Assembly (NCBI GenBank): GCA_038521595.1
Contig: JBCBKQ010000001.1
Location: 36,507 to 100,506, forward strand
Reading direction: 5' to 3'
DNA length: 64,000 nucleotides
Source of the DNA: Cyanobacteria bacterium J06627_28
Lineage (GTDB): Bacteria > Cyanobacteriota > Cyanobacteriia > Phormidesmidales > Phormidesmidaceae
The notes under the pieces are model-generated. The model saw only the letters and a program-made list of their open reading frames with translations. It ran no database searches and had not been told where the DNA came from. The translations under genes were made by a program, and so were the position numbers. The first letter of the stretch is position 1. The number at the start of each line of letters is the position of its first letter. Below, in pieces: positions 37,580-47,648 of the stretch.

Positions 37580-38243
37580 GTGAGCCAGTTGGTGTGTGCC
37601 AAAGAGTGTCATGAACATCTGTTGACGGTGGCGAGATCGCTTTCACCTGCGCTGACCAATGCCATTAAACAAAACGGAATTCTCACATTATCCCCACAAG
37701 CAAAAACGCCCTTTGCAGAAAGGCTATGCCGAGCAGTGGCGGGACAACAGCTCTCGGTGAAGGCCGCAGCGTCTATCTGGGGGCGCGTGGTTGCAAGTAA
37801 GCCTGATGAGATGGATCTGAATAACGCATTTGCATGGGATGGAGCCGTTGGTATTGAAGAGGTGTGGATTGTCTGGGGCGAAGGTAAAGGCGATGGGTGC
37901 GATCACTCAAGCATCTCAGTTCGGTCAGCTAAATGCAACAGATCTACAACAACTTTCCACAGTCGAACGCACCCAAAGACTCACCGCACTCTGGGGCATT
38001 GGTCAGTGGACAGCAGACATGATGAATCTCTTCTACTTTGGGGAGCCAGACATTTGGCCAGAGGGCGACGTCACCGCTCGCAAAACGCTAGAAGCATTGA
38101 CAAGCAAACGCCGAAAAACGATCCGAACCGCTGAGCGATTTGAGCCCTATCGCTCTTATCTGGCCCTTCATATGTGGCGGCATGTCGATGCTACGCCAGA
38201 CAACACACCAGACAACACACCAGACAAATCTCCCGACAAATGA
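37580..38243 (+). pseudogene. DNA-3-methyladenine glycosylase II (AlkA / HhH-GPD family) split by a +1 frameshift near 37821-37850
   Basis: Frame A (37580-) reads ...ERLCRAVAGQQLSVKAAASIWGRV.... Frame B (37821-38243) reads ...LKRCGLSGAKVKAMGAI...LTALWGIGQWTADMMNLFYFGEPDIWPEGDVTARK (HhH-GPD). Together they make about 220 aa, a normal length for the family. Confidence 0.7.
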
Positions 38244-38425
38244 AACAGTTAAACCGTTGACTCTCTCTACAACATCGCCCAAATAGTCACTACGGTAGAA
38301 TAGACACAACAATCGCACAACATCTCTGCTCAAGCTCAAAACCGAGGGTTCAAACAAAGCCGCAGAGTGTTGACGATTAACCAATTTACACACATCCCGC
38401 TTCTTAACCCACTAGGGTAATCGCA

Positions 38426-38929
38426 ATGAGAGCCATTCACATTCCCCAAATTATCAATGCGCCTGATAAGACCATTGCGCTTGATGTCGCAGAGCATTTG
38501 CCGGCGCTAGAGACGCTGACGCCTATAAAAGGAGAACTGCAGGTCGCGCATAGAGGTACTTTTTTAGATGTAAAAGCTCAGGCCAGTGCGATCATGACGC
38601 TGGAGTGCGATCGCTGCTTGCAAAGCTACAACACCCGCGTGCAGGTAGACGCCTCAGAAATCCTATGGCTGGAGGAGCCTATCTCTTCTATCGAAGAGGC
38701 TGGCGTCGAAAAAGAAGTCGAGCTAGAAGATTTGGTCGAGTCTTTGCCGCCACAGGGCTATTTTAAGCCCGATGAGTGGCTATATGAGCAAATGTGCCTA
38801 GCGATTCCGCAAAAGCAAATTTGTAACGAAGACTGCCAGGGCATTGAAATCAAAAGTAATCCGCCCGAGCAAGCAATCGATCATCGCTGGGCGGCGCTAT
38901 CGAGCTTAAAGCAGCAGCTATCAGATTAG
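38426..38929 (+). CDS. YceD/DUF177 family protein
   Basis: 167-aa acidic protein with CDRCLQSY...C..DC Cys pairs, typical of DUF177. Confidence 0.8.
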   Translation: MRAIHIPQIINAPDKTIALDVAEHLPALETLTPIKGELQVAHRGTFLDVKAQASAIMTLECDRCLQSYNTRVQVDASEILWLEEPISSIEEAGVEKEVELEDLVESLPPQGYFKPDEWLYEQMCLAIPQKQICNEDCQGIEIKSNPPEQAIDHRWAALSSLKQQLSD

Positions 38930-38951
38930 TTGTTAACGGCTTTGTCAGATG

Positions 38952-38992
38952 ACTAAATACCAGACCTAAATGCCAGACCTAAATGCCAGACA
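38952..38992. repeat. Tandem repeat, 13 bp x3 (CAGACCTAAATGC)
   Basis: Direct reading. It overlaps the stop codon and last residues of the minus-strand GST gene. Confidence 0.8.
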
Positions 38993-39587
38993 TGGATACA
39001 AACTTTGGCAGTTGCTTAACGCGGTTTATCCAGGCGACAACCTGTGGATAGAGGCCCAAGTCAATCTGACCATCTGCGGCAAGTGCAATGTATGGAAAAA
39101 CGGCAATATCGGCAATGGTCGGCCTGCCACAGGCAAGCCAGCTGTGTTGAGTTAAGTGCAGATCTAGCTGTTTGAGAATAAAGGCTGACTTTTTCTCAGT
39201 GTCTTTAATATCAATAGAGGTCACCTTAAACAGATGGTAAAGTCGAGCAAATTCTGGCCCCTGGCGCACTTCGCCTGCGGTGGTAGAGAGCCATTTCATG
39301 ACCGCCGCCATGGGCAAGGGCTCCGTCGGCAGCCAGCTGTCTGCCTGGTCCCCGCCATACTGACGGGCAAGATAAACCAAAATGGCCTGGGCATCGGCTA
39401 AAACATGTTCCCCATCGACGAGGACCGGAATCTGAGCGAAGGGATTGAGGGCTAAGAAGGGCGGCTGTAAGTGCTCGCCCTGCTCTAAGGCGACGTCTAT
39501 ATTTTCGTAATTGAGTCCTAGAAAAGCGAGCATGAGCTTTACTTTGTAGGCATTGCCAGACAAAGGGTGGCCGTATAGCTTCAACAT
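38979..39587 (-). CDS. Glutathione S-transferase (start at MLKLYGHP; the ORF extends to 39662)
   Basis: MLKLYGHPLSGNAYKVKLMLAFLG...NPFAQIPVLVDG is the N-terminal thioredoxin-like GST domain. Confidence 0.85.
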   Translation of the reverse strand: MLKLYGHPLSGNAYKVKLMLAFLGLNYENIDVALEQGEHLQPPFLALNPFAQIPVLVDGEHVLADAQAILVYLARQYGGDQADSWLPTEPLPMAAVMKWLSTTAGEVRQGPEFARLYHLFKVTSIDIKDTEKKSAFILKQLDLHLTQHSWLACGRPTIADIAVFPYIALAADGQIDLGLYPQVVAWINRVKQLPKFVSMSGI

Positions 39588-39781
39588 GGGGAGACCTCGT
39601 GGCTGTAAGGGAAACCAGATAAAAACGAAAGCGTAACTTGTCGATGTGAACCGAATGAGCACTGTAGGTACAGTGCTGGATTATAGCTGTCGATGGCTAG
39701 AAGAGACTCTCTGGTTGCTTTGGTTTGATGGCATGCGATCGCGTGATTACCCTGCGTAATTGATAAAAGCCCCTGTAAAGA

Positions 39782-39862
39782 CCTTGAGAAAAACGCCTTG
39801 AGAAAAACGCCTTGAGAAGAAAAGCCTTGAGAAGAAAAGCCTTGAGAAAAAACGCCTTGAGG
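39782..39862. repeat. Tandem repeat, 14-15 bp x5.5 (CCTTGAGAAAAACG / CCTTGAGAAGAAAAG)
   Basis: Direct reading. Confidence 0.85.
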
Positions 39863-40797
39863 GGTGATACCCATTATTTTTAATATCCGGATCTTTCTAT
39901 AGCAAAAAGGATTTTTATTTCTTATTTCGATGCTGGCTTTTACATTTGTATTCGTGATACGAACACTATTTTTATTTTCTTAGTTGAGGCTTATTTTCCA
40001 GCTGTTCCCAACTAAGTATAAAGCTTGAAACCCATATATTGGGAGGGGTTCAAGGATTTTAATTAGCCCAAAAAGACAAAAGCCAAATAAGCGGCCAAAA
40101 GTAGTTAAAGCTACATTCCAAAGCCCGTTTAGAAACCTAAATATGGGGTGACTCCCACGTATCAAAAGGGCTTGATGGGTTTTGATAAAGTATCGGAAAA
40201 TGTGTTTTTAATCCCTGTAATTATAAAGTTGACATGAACGTGTTGTCGGGGGTTGAATAGAGACAGTTCAATCAAGGCACCGTGTAGCAAGCGCTATATT
40301 TTGCCAACTCAATCGTCGTCACTGATTGAGTGCATCTCCCGAAGCTGTCCTGTTAAATATCGCTAAGGTAGCGACCCACTGTTGAAATAGACCTCAGTAG
40401 CGGCTAGTTAAAGGTCGCCCACAATGCTCAGCTTTTGAAAATATTTAAGTCGTCGCCTAGTAGCCATTCGAGACTGTTCACTGTCTCTCTCTAGGCGCTC
40501 TTATTGAGTACTTCGTATTAGTGCCCCGTTGCACCACTTATCTCTGAACTGGTCGCTGAATGCTCCCAGCGACAACGTTTCTATGCAGCCATATTTTCTA
40601 TACGGCCATATGTTGTTCTTTTCTACGCAGTTAGCAAAAAGGAGAGATTTAAATGGTCTCCTTTTTAGATTGACAGCCGTGCAGAGAGCATTTTTTCGTG
40701 GTTGCAAAACTCAACTTTAAATAGTTCTGCGGTAGGTGTTCATATGGTCGCAGCACAGGCTTTTGGGTCTATGCGTTGCGCCTGTATGCCGCATCTA

Positions 40798-40844
40798 TAG
40801 CCTTCCGTACCTGTAGCCTTCCGCACCTGTAGCCTTTCGCACTC
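40798..40844. repeat. Tandem repeat, 16 bp x3 (TAGCCTTCCGYACCTG)
   Basis: Direct reading. Confidence 0.8.
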
Positions 40845-41007
40845 AGCTTTAGACACGACGATCAGCCGAACCGTTGATTCTAGAAGGCGCTAAGTGCATG
40901 GCAATCCACTAATGAATCAGCGGATTGCTGTATTTTGTTTTTCGCAAATCAGGTTTACATCATCACATAAGCGGTTTATCCGCGACCATCAGGAGAATTC
41001 AGGCAAT

Positions 41008-44000
41008 ATGCAAACTGCATCCATGTCCGGTCATAGCACTGGCAATCCCCATTCAATGGGTGACGACCCTATCCGCCACAAGGAGTACAACGATCTAAAA
41101 AAACTAATTGATTCTGTCAGGCCTACTCACACAGCGGTGCGTAGTGGCGCTTGGTCTGATCCTCGTACATGGGGCGGCACTGTACCCGGCAACAATGCCA
41201 AGGTTTTGATCAAAAGCGGCACGACGGTCACCTACGATCTAGATGAAAAGGAAGGCAGTGCTCGTATTCAGACGATTACTATTAAGGGAAATCTCAAGTT
41301 TGCGACGAATCAAAATACTAAGCTGCTAGTAGAAACCATCATCAATGGTGCCGATGGCCAGCTAGATATTGGCTCGGCGGGTCGTACGGTGGCTGCGGAT
41401 AAGAAGACGCAGATTATCTTTACGAGCGATCGCGCCATCAACAAGCAATGGGATCCTAAACAGCTGTCAAAGGGCCTGATTAGTCACGGCACTGTAAACA
41501 TCTACGGCGCGGGCAAACAAGACAAAGTCGCGCTAGCAGGTGACGTGAAAGCTGGCAGCAATGTCTTGCGGTTTAAAGAGCCACTGACAGGCTGGCGGGT
41601 AGGCGATCGCATTGTGCTGGGCGGCACCAACTATAGATATGGCGGCAAAGACGCTGATAACTCTCGATTTCAGGATGAAGTGCTCACCATCACGAAAATT
41701 CGTGGAAAAGAGATTAGCTTTCTCAATGAGAACATTACGTCAGGCGATCGCACCGTTCTAAAATATGACCACACCCGCAGCACCCTAGCCGACACAAATA
41801 AGCTAAACCTATACGCTGGTAACCTGACTCGAAACGTCACCTTTGAAACTGAGAACGGCAAGCAGGTGCCCATCAACAGACGTGCCCACGTCATGCTGAT
41901 GCACAATCCCAACGTAACGGTGATGAATGCGGGATTCCGTAACCTGGGCCGTACGGACAAAAGTCGCATCATTGATGATGTTGGTAAAAATGTAGACGGA
42001 TCTAACGGCCGTGGCAGTAACATTAGAGGTCGCTATGGACTGCATCTCCATCGCTTAGGAACAGAAAATAAGGCTGCGATTATTAGAGGCAACGCGGTTG
42101 AAGGTAGTCCTGGCTGGGGCATAGCACATCATGATAGTAATGCCGGTCTAGAAGACAATATTGTCTTTGACGTGACGGGTGCAGGCATCGCTGCCGAGTC
42201 AGGCAACGAAGTCGGCTGGTGGACAAATAATCTGGTTGTAAAAACAACTGGTATCCCGTACCCACAGGCCTCACGCGAGCGAAAGGCACGGGCCAAGCGC
42301 TTTGATTTTGGCATTCAGGGAGATGGCTACTGGGTGCAGGGTGCGTCTAGAATCGCCCAGCGAAACAATGCCGCGATCAGCTCCAACAATCTAGGGCTGG
42401 CGCTATTTAGTGGAGATCTAGACACCAAAAACCTATTTCGTGACGCCAAGACATTCAAGATTTCTGCTTTACCCCCCGAGCTGAGAAAGCTATTTCCGGC
42501 TGACCAAAAGGAAGTAGACGTACGTGATGTGCCCATGGCACAGGTGACAGGCTTTGAAAGCGCCAATGCCAATGTTGGCATGCAAATTTGGGGCCATATG
42601 ACCAACTTTGACGGCGAGTTAAACTTCAGCACTGATGAGCCTAAGAGCGCCCATCAAGCGCGATCGCTGGTCGATAATTTCCGAGTCTGGGGTAACCGAT
42701 TCGCAGGGGTGCGCGTTTCATACAACACCAACGTCGACTTGAGTAACGGCACCATTCTCGGTAATGACAACGGCAACTATGTCAGCGGCGGCCAGGGACT
42801 GTTCGACAACCATGCCAATTTTGGCTCTAAGTTCAACAATCTCACGATTGCAGGCTTTGAGCAGGGCGCAGAGTTTGAATCTCGAACTAACGATCAAGAT
42901 TTTTTAGCCTCTACTTTGCAAAATAGTCGTTTCCTAAAGAACAACTTCAATCTAGGGAAGCCCGGAGACAAAGGACCCGACATGGGACGCCCAGATGATT
43001 TTCCAGCTTATTTGAAATTCAAAAACAACCGCTTTGAACCGGCTAAAGGCAACCGTGCCCCAACGGCTAAGTTTGTCAGTAAAGCGGCTGGTGGCCTGGC
43101 CGTTGCCTTCGATGCTAGCGGGTCGTTTGATACCGATCCTCTAAAGAAGCCGTCTCCTAGAAAGCTCGATAGTAAAGGTATTGTTGCCTACGGTTGGGAT
43201 TTTGATGGTGATGGCGTCATTGATGACTCAGGTAGAGAAGTTACCCACAGGTTTAATAAAGCTGGAAATCGTCAGGTAACGCTCTCGGTTTTAGATTCTC
43301 AAGGGCAGATGACGAGCGTCAAGAAAACGGTCAACGTCCGGCCAACGGCCTACAACAATGCGTTTGACGGCGGTGACTTTAGTAACGGCACCAAAACAGT
43401 GCTGGAATGGCAAAACAACAGTCAGTATGCCGATGATGGCTGGTACGTCAGCAAGGGGGCGCGAATTGGTGGCGGTCAGGCGCGGCTATCTACCCCTGGC
43501 GACTACAGCAACTTTATTGGGCAGGTCACCCGAAACGAAAAACTCCATCGGGGCGAGCAAACCCTTAGCTTCCGTCTGAAAAATATAGAAGGTGCACCCG
43601 AGAAAAACTTTTGGGAAAAGAACGAAGTCTCGTTTACGCTATGGGGCGTGAATGGTCAATTTGACAATCACCCCTGGGACAAAACTGGCCCCACTAGGGT
43701 GGGCACTTTGCCGATGCAGCGTCGGGCGCTTGTCAGTAAAAGTTACGGCGGTGAAGGCGGCGCATTTTTCGATTGGAAAAATCTCTCTTTTGATGTGAAT
43801 TTGGGTCAGGGGTACGACTATCTCATGTTCCAAATGAATACCGAACGGACGAGCAATGCCAAAGATTATGTTGCCCTAGATAATCTCTCTTTGAGCGGAC
43901 GTTCAAACGCTACTGGCGGCAATCCTAACCCGCCGTCTAATCCAAATCCGACCCCGCCCAATCCAAATCCGACCCCGCCCAATCCACCGAAACCCCCTTT

Positions 44001-44703
44001 ACCCGGGCCTACCTTTCCAAAGGGGCTCTCTCCGGTTGCGCGCCTAAGCTTTGACGAGGAGAGTGGCAAGTTAGCTGTTGATACGTCTACGCAGGGCCGT
44101 GACAATAGTGGACGCTTGGTGGGCGGTGCCAAGTGGGATAAAGGTCGCTTGGGAGGCGCGGTACGCTTTGCTGGTAAGCAAGATGCTGTGAACCTAGGGA
44201 AATCTAGAGATATTGATTTGGGTACGCATAACCAGCGCACAGTTTCTATGTGGTTTAAAGCCGACAAGGCTTCAGGAAACAAAAAGCAGGTGATTTATGA
44301 GGAGGGTGGCCGCGATCGCGGCCTAAATATCTACCTCGAAGACGATCTGCTGCGTGTCGGTGGCTGGGGCGGTAAGTGGAAGGGCAATTGGATTGAATCG
44401 AGCCAGGTGAAATCTGGTAAATGGCACCATGTGGCCCTGGTGCTAGACGGTACGGGCCGCCTGCAAGACGATGCGATGACAGCCTACTTAGATGGCGAAA
44501 AAATCGATTCTGGTGAAGGCACCAAGCTTTGGAGTCACAGAGACGGTATTGGCATTGGTAATGTCAGTGGGACAACTCGTTTCCAAGATGGGACGATTGG
44601 CCGTCGTGGCCAAGGCCTTGTCGGCAGCGTAGACGAGTTCCAGGTATACAAAAGCGCCCTGAGTGACAGTCAGGTGCAACAGCTGTCCAATGGCTTTGTC
44701 TAG
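41008..44703 (+). CDS. Large G8-domain / right-handed beta-helix / PKD / LamG (concanavalin-like) protein, 1231 aa from ATG 41008
   Basis: G8 signature GAWSDPRTWGGTVPGNNAKVLIKSGTTVTYD...IKGNLKF. PKD-like FDASGSFDTDP...YGWDFDGDG...HRFNKAGNRQVTLSVLD. PNPNPTPP linker. C-terminal LamG-like region (RTVSMWFKAD...WHHVALVLDG...VDEFQVYKSALS). AGGAGA lies 12 nt upstream of ATG 41008. The ORF-track start at 40894 runs through a hairpin and was not adopted. Confidence 0.8.
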   Translation: MQTASMSGHSTGNPHSMGDDPIRHKEYNDLKKLIDSVRPTHTAVRSGAWSDPRTWGGTVPGNNAKVLIKSGTTVTYDLDEKEGSARIQTITIKGNLKFATNQNTKLLVETIINGADGQLDIGSAGRTVAADKKTQIIFTSDRAINKQWDPKQLSKGLISHGTVNIYGAGKQDKVALAGDVKAGSNVLRFKEPLTGWRVGDRIVLGGTNYRYGGKDADNSRFQDEVLTITKIRGKEISFLNENITSGDRTVLKYDHTRSTLADTNKLNLYAGNLTRNVTFETENGKQVPINRRAHVMLMHNPNVTVMNAGFRNLGRTDKSRIIDDVGKNVDGSNGRGSNIRGRYGLHLHRLGTENKAAIIRGNAVEGSPGWGIAHHDSNAGLEDNIVFDVTGAGIAAESGNEVGWWTNNLVVKTTGIPYPQASRERKARAKRFDFGIQGDGYWVQGASRIAQRNNAAISSNNLGLALFSGDLDTKNLFRDAKTFKISALPPELRKLFPADQKEVDVRDVPMAQVTGFESANANVGMQIWGHMTNFDGELNFSTDEPKSAHQARSLVDNFRVWGNRFAGVRVSYNTNVDLSNGTILGNDNGNYVSGGQGLFDNHANFGSKFNNLTIAGFEQGAEFESRTNDQDFLASTLQNSRFLKNNFNLGKPGDKGPDMGRPDDFPAYLKFKNNRFEPAKGNRAPTAKFVSKAAGGLAVAFDASGSFDTDPLKKPSPRKLDSKGIVAYGWDFDGDGVIDDSGREVTHRFNKAGNRQVTLSVLDSQGQMTSVKKTVNVRPTAYNNAFDGGDFSNGTKTVLEWQNNSQYADDGWYVSKGARIGGGQARLSTPGDYSNFIGQVTRNEKLHRGEQTLSFRLKNIEGAPEKNFWEKNEVSFTLWGVNGQFDNHPWDKTGPTRVGTLPMQRRALVSKSYGGEGGAFFDWKNLSFDVNLGQGYDYLMFQMNTERTSNAKDYVALDNLSLSGRSNATGGNPNPPSNPNPTPPNPNPTPPNPPKPPLPGPTFPKGLSPVARLSFDEESGKLAVDTSTQGRDNSGRLVGGAKWDKGRLGGAVRFAGKQDAVNLGKSRDIDLGTHNQRTVSMWFKADKASGNKKQVIYEEGGRDRGLNIYLEDDLLRVGGWGGKWKGNWIESSQVKSGKWHHVALVLDGTGRLQDDAMTAYLDGEKIDSGEGTKLWSHRDGIGIGNVSGTTRFQDGTIGRRGQGLVGSVDEFQVYKSALSDSQVQQLSNGFV

Positions 44704-45058
44704 TGGATATTGCCAGCGATAGTGCTGGCAACACTCTCTTGTCAACAGTACGGAATAACACTTGTGCGAGGGGTCTTGAGGACATTACCTTTTAGGCTCC
44801 GACAACGACCTATTTCTTGTCTTGTTTGCCTTAACGCCTTGAGGCGCTCAAGCGAAACGGTCACTCCAAGTCGTGTCAGGTCTGAAGTGCATTTTTTGCG
44901 GTAGATGTTTTCTACGGCAAGGTGCACTCAGGCCTTTTCTTCTATCGGCCGGTTTTTCTCGGTGTGTCAGGGACTGACGCTTTATTATTAAAGGGGTCTG
45001 ATATTTGGCTGCTGGAAGCCCCAAAAAAACAGCTGGATAAATTAGTTGGGATGCTGCG

Positions 45059-46597
45059 ATGAGTTTTCGTGACGAGTTGAGTTTGCTGGTGCGATCGCGC
45101 TATCCACTCATATATATTCCCACCCGCGAAGAAGAACGGGCCGAAGGTGCGATCGCCGCCTGTGCCCAAGATATTGGCTGCGATCGCAGCGTATACACCT
45201 GGGACTATGTGGACGGCTACCAAGGGAATCCCACAGACAATGGCTTTGGTCGGCGCAACCCTTTGCAGGCGCTAGAACTGATAGAAAAACTTCCCTCTAC
45301 CGCAGCGGCGCTATTTGTCCTGCGAGACTTTCACCGCTTTTTAGACGATATTTCCATCTCGCGTAAGCTGCGCAACCTAATGAAGCTGCTAAAATCGCAG
45401 CCCAAAAACATCATCATTCTCTCCGCCCAGCTCACCATTCCAGATGAGCTGAGCAATCTCATCACCGTTTTAGAGTTTCCCCTGCCCAATGCCAGCGAGA
45501 TTCGCGCGGAAGTCACTCGGCTGCTATCTGCCACCAATAGCCAGCTGTCCCCCCGCGATACCGATGAGCTAGTGCGTTCCTGTCAGGGATTAGCGCTGGC
45601 GCGAATCCGCCGGGTGCTCTCGCGGGGCATTGCCGATCATGGCACTTTTACCCCTGCTGATATCGATCTTATTCTCGAAGAAAAACGTCAGAGCATTCGT
45701 CAGACTCAGATTCTAGAGTTTTACCCAGCAGCAGAGAAAATTTCTGACATCGGCGGACTCGATAGCCTAAAAGACTGGCTAATGAAGCGCGGCGGGGCTT
45801 TTTCGGAACGGGCAAGGCAGTATGGGTTGCCCCATCCTAGGGGGCTGATGTTGGTGGGCATTCAGGGAACAGGCAAGTCTCTGACTGCGAAGGCGATCGC
45901 CCATCACTGGCATCTTCCTTTATTGCGCTTAGACGTTGGCAGACTCTTTGGCGGTCTTGTCGGCGAGTCAGAATCACGCACCAGGCAAATGATTCAGCTC
46001 GCGGAGGCCTTGGCCCCATGCATCTTGTGGATCGATGAAATCGACAAAGCCTTTGCTGGGTTTGACGGACGGGGCGACTCTGGCACCACCAGCCGCGTCT
46101 TTGGCACCTTCATCACCTGGCTAGCAGAAAAGCGCTCCCCAGTATTCGTTGTGGCGACCGCTAACAACATTCAGGCACTGCCGCCAGAAATGTTGCGCCG
46201 AGGTCGCTTTGATGAAATTTTCTTCGTCGGCCTGCCCAGCCAAGAAGAGCGAGAAGCTATTTTTTCCGTTCACCTCTCTCGCTTACGCCCGCACAATTTA
46301 GCGAGTTACGACCTGAACCGCCTAGCCTACGAAACGCCCGACTTCTCCGGGGCAGAAATTGAACAGGCCATCATTGAAGCCATGCATATTGGCTTCAGCC
46401 AAAATCGTGACTTTACCAGTGACGACATACTAGAAGCCGTCAGCCAGATTATCCCTCTGGCCCGCACGGCTCAGCAGCAGATAGAAGCACTTCAGCGCTG
46501 GGCGGCAGATGGCCGGGCTCGGTTGGCCTCTCGGCAGACCTCACTGTCTGAGCGGATTGAAAAGCAACGTCAAAATGATACTGAGGCGTCTGCGTAA
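45059..46597 (+). CDS. ycf46: AAA+ ATPase Ycf46
   Basis: N-terminus [26 protein letters not shown]; C-terminal AAA module [15 protein letters not shown] / ILWIDEIDK / [11 protein letters not shown]. The length and layout are typical of Ycf46. Confidence 0.88.
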   Translation: MSFRDELSLLVRSRYPLIYIPTREEERAEGAIAACAQDIGCDRSVYTWDYVDGYQGNPTDNGFGRRNPLQALELIEKLPSTAAALFVLRDFHRFLDDISISRKLRNLMKLLKSQPKNIIILSAQLTIPDELSNLITVLEFPLPNASEIRAEVTRLLSATNSQLSPRDTDELVRSCQGLALARIRRVLSRGIADHGTFTPADIDLILEEKRQSIRQTQILEFYPAAEKISDIGGLDSLKDWLMKRGGAFSERARQYGLPHPRGLMLVGIQGTGKSLTAKAIAHHWHLPLLRLDVGRLFGGLVGESESRTRQMIQLAEALAPCILWIDEIDKAFAGFDGRGDSGTTSRVFGTFITWLAEKRSPVFVVATANNIQALPPEMLRRGRFDEIFFVGLPSQEEREAIFSVHLSRLRPHNLASYDLNRLAYETPDFSGAEIEQAIIEAMHIGFSQNRDFTSDDILEAVSQIIPLARTAQQQIEALQRWAADGRARLASRQTSLSERIEKQRQNDTEASA

Positions 46598-46666
46598 TCA
46601 AGTCCTTTACCATTAGCGCTCTTCACGCTATAACCAGTAGAACTCATTCATCTTTTTTGGTTTGTC

Positions 46667-47152
46667 ATGGTGATGAAAAACTTCCTACTGGGCCTGAGCA
46701 AGTTTGTCCTAGGCATTATTTTGGCCATGCTGATCATGACATTGGCCGGTGCTTCGATGATGCGCTACTTCATGGCCCGCACCGCAGAGCCCCCCGAGCG
46801 CCCCACCTACGACAATGATTTACCAGAAGAGCGTCCGGCCACTAACGAACCAGCTGCCGAAGCGCCAGCCGCTAGCGTAGAAGAGGCGCCAGTGGCAGCA
46901 GAACCCGAACCCGAACCTGAGCCAGAACCTGAGCCAGAACCCGAGCCTTCTACGGACGGGACTTACACCGCCTACGTGACTCAGCCCGTAGGCTTAATTC
47001 TGCGTGACGGCCCCAGTACGGACTATGCCAATATTGGCGGCATTGGATACGAAGAAAGTGTCACTGTGCTTGCAGAAGAAGGTGGCTGGCTGAATGTGCA
47101 GCTCAGCAATGGTCAGCAGGGTTGGATTAAAGATGGCAACACGGCGAGATAG
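46667..47152 (+). CDS. Membrane-anchored bacterial SH3-domain protein with an (EP)n linker
   Basis: N-terminal TM, EPEPEPEPEPEPEPEP, and a C-terminal SH3b-like region (LILRDGPSTDY...GWLNVQLSNGQQGWIKDG). Confidence 0.7.
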   Translation: MVMKNFLLGLSKFVLGIILAMLIMTLAGASMMRYFMARTAEPPERPTYDNDLPEERPATNEPAAEAPAASVEEAPVAAEPEPEPEPEPEPEPEPSTDGTYTAYVTQPVGLILRDGPSTDYANIGGIGYEESVTVLAEEGGWLNVQLSNGQQGWIKDGNTAR

Positions 47153-47359
47153 CCTTTGATTTACTGGGCCTTGTCGTTTGGGTCATGTTTTCCATGATGG
47201 TTTCCCAATGAATCACCCAGAAAGCTGAGAATTTTGTTAAGAAAGCTATCTCAGTTCAACGGTTGGTTACAGGTTGGATGCGATCGCACCGTGACAGGTC
47301 ACCTACAGTGATAGCGTTAGTTAGCAGATACCAGGTGCCTATCGATTAGGCCACGCATC

Positions 47360-47527
47360 ATGCGCAACAACTTTCGCAAAGACTGGATAGGTTCTTTGGT
47401 CATCGCCGCACTCGGTGCGGGGGTCATCACGTCTTTTGCTGTAAACCAAGGTCAGAATCCCTTCACTGGTCTGGGCATTACCGCATTTGCCGCCCTGTTT
47501 GCAGTCGTTTTAGATAGTCTCCTATAG
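47360..47527 (+). CDS. Possible small membrane protein (55 aa, hand-called)
   Basis: MRNNFRKDWIGSLVIAALGAGVITSFAVNQGQNPFTGLGITAFAALFAVVLDSLL has two hydrophobic helices. I recognised no family. Confidence 0.35.
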   Translation: MRNNFRKDWIGSLVIAALGAGVITSFAVNQGQNPFTGLGITAFAALFAVVLDSLL

Positions 47528-47579
47528 GCTGTGAGCTTTAAGCCGTGAGCTTTAGGTCATGAGCTTTAGGCTGTGACGC
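47528..47579. repeat. Tandem repeat, 14 bp x3.5 (GCYGTGAGCTTTAR)
   Basis: Direct reading. It begins at the nucleotide after the small ORF's stop codon. Confidence 0.8.
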
Positions 47580-47648
47580 AGAAAAATAAGGCAGGGCGCT
47601 GATAGTTCATCAGGCGTTTTATCTGCCGTGTCCATCGATCTAATTCTT

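Noticed and set aside
39581-39874. 97-aa minus-strand ORF with GFSSQGFSSQG repeats
   Set aside because: The repeat-encoded sequence comes from the 14-15 bp tandem array at 39782-39862. The GST start at 39587 makes upstream coding unnecessary.
40894-41007. Upstream extension of the G8 protein ORF (ORF-track start at 40894)
   Set aside because: The extension runs through the GCAATCC-N14-GGATTGC hairpin and encodes an implausible N-terminus. ATG 41008 has an AGGAGA 12 nt upstream.
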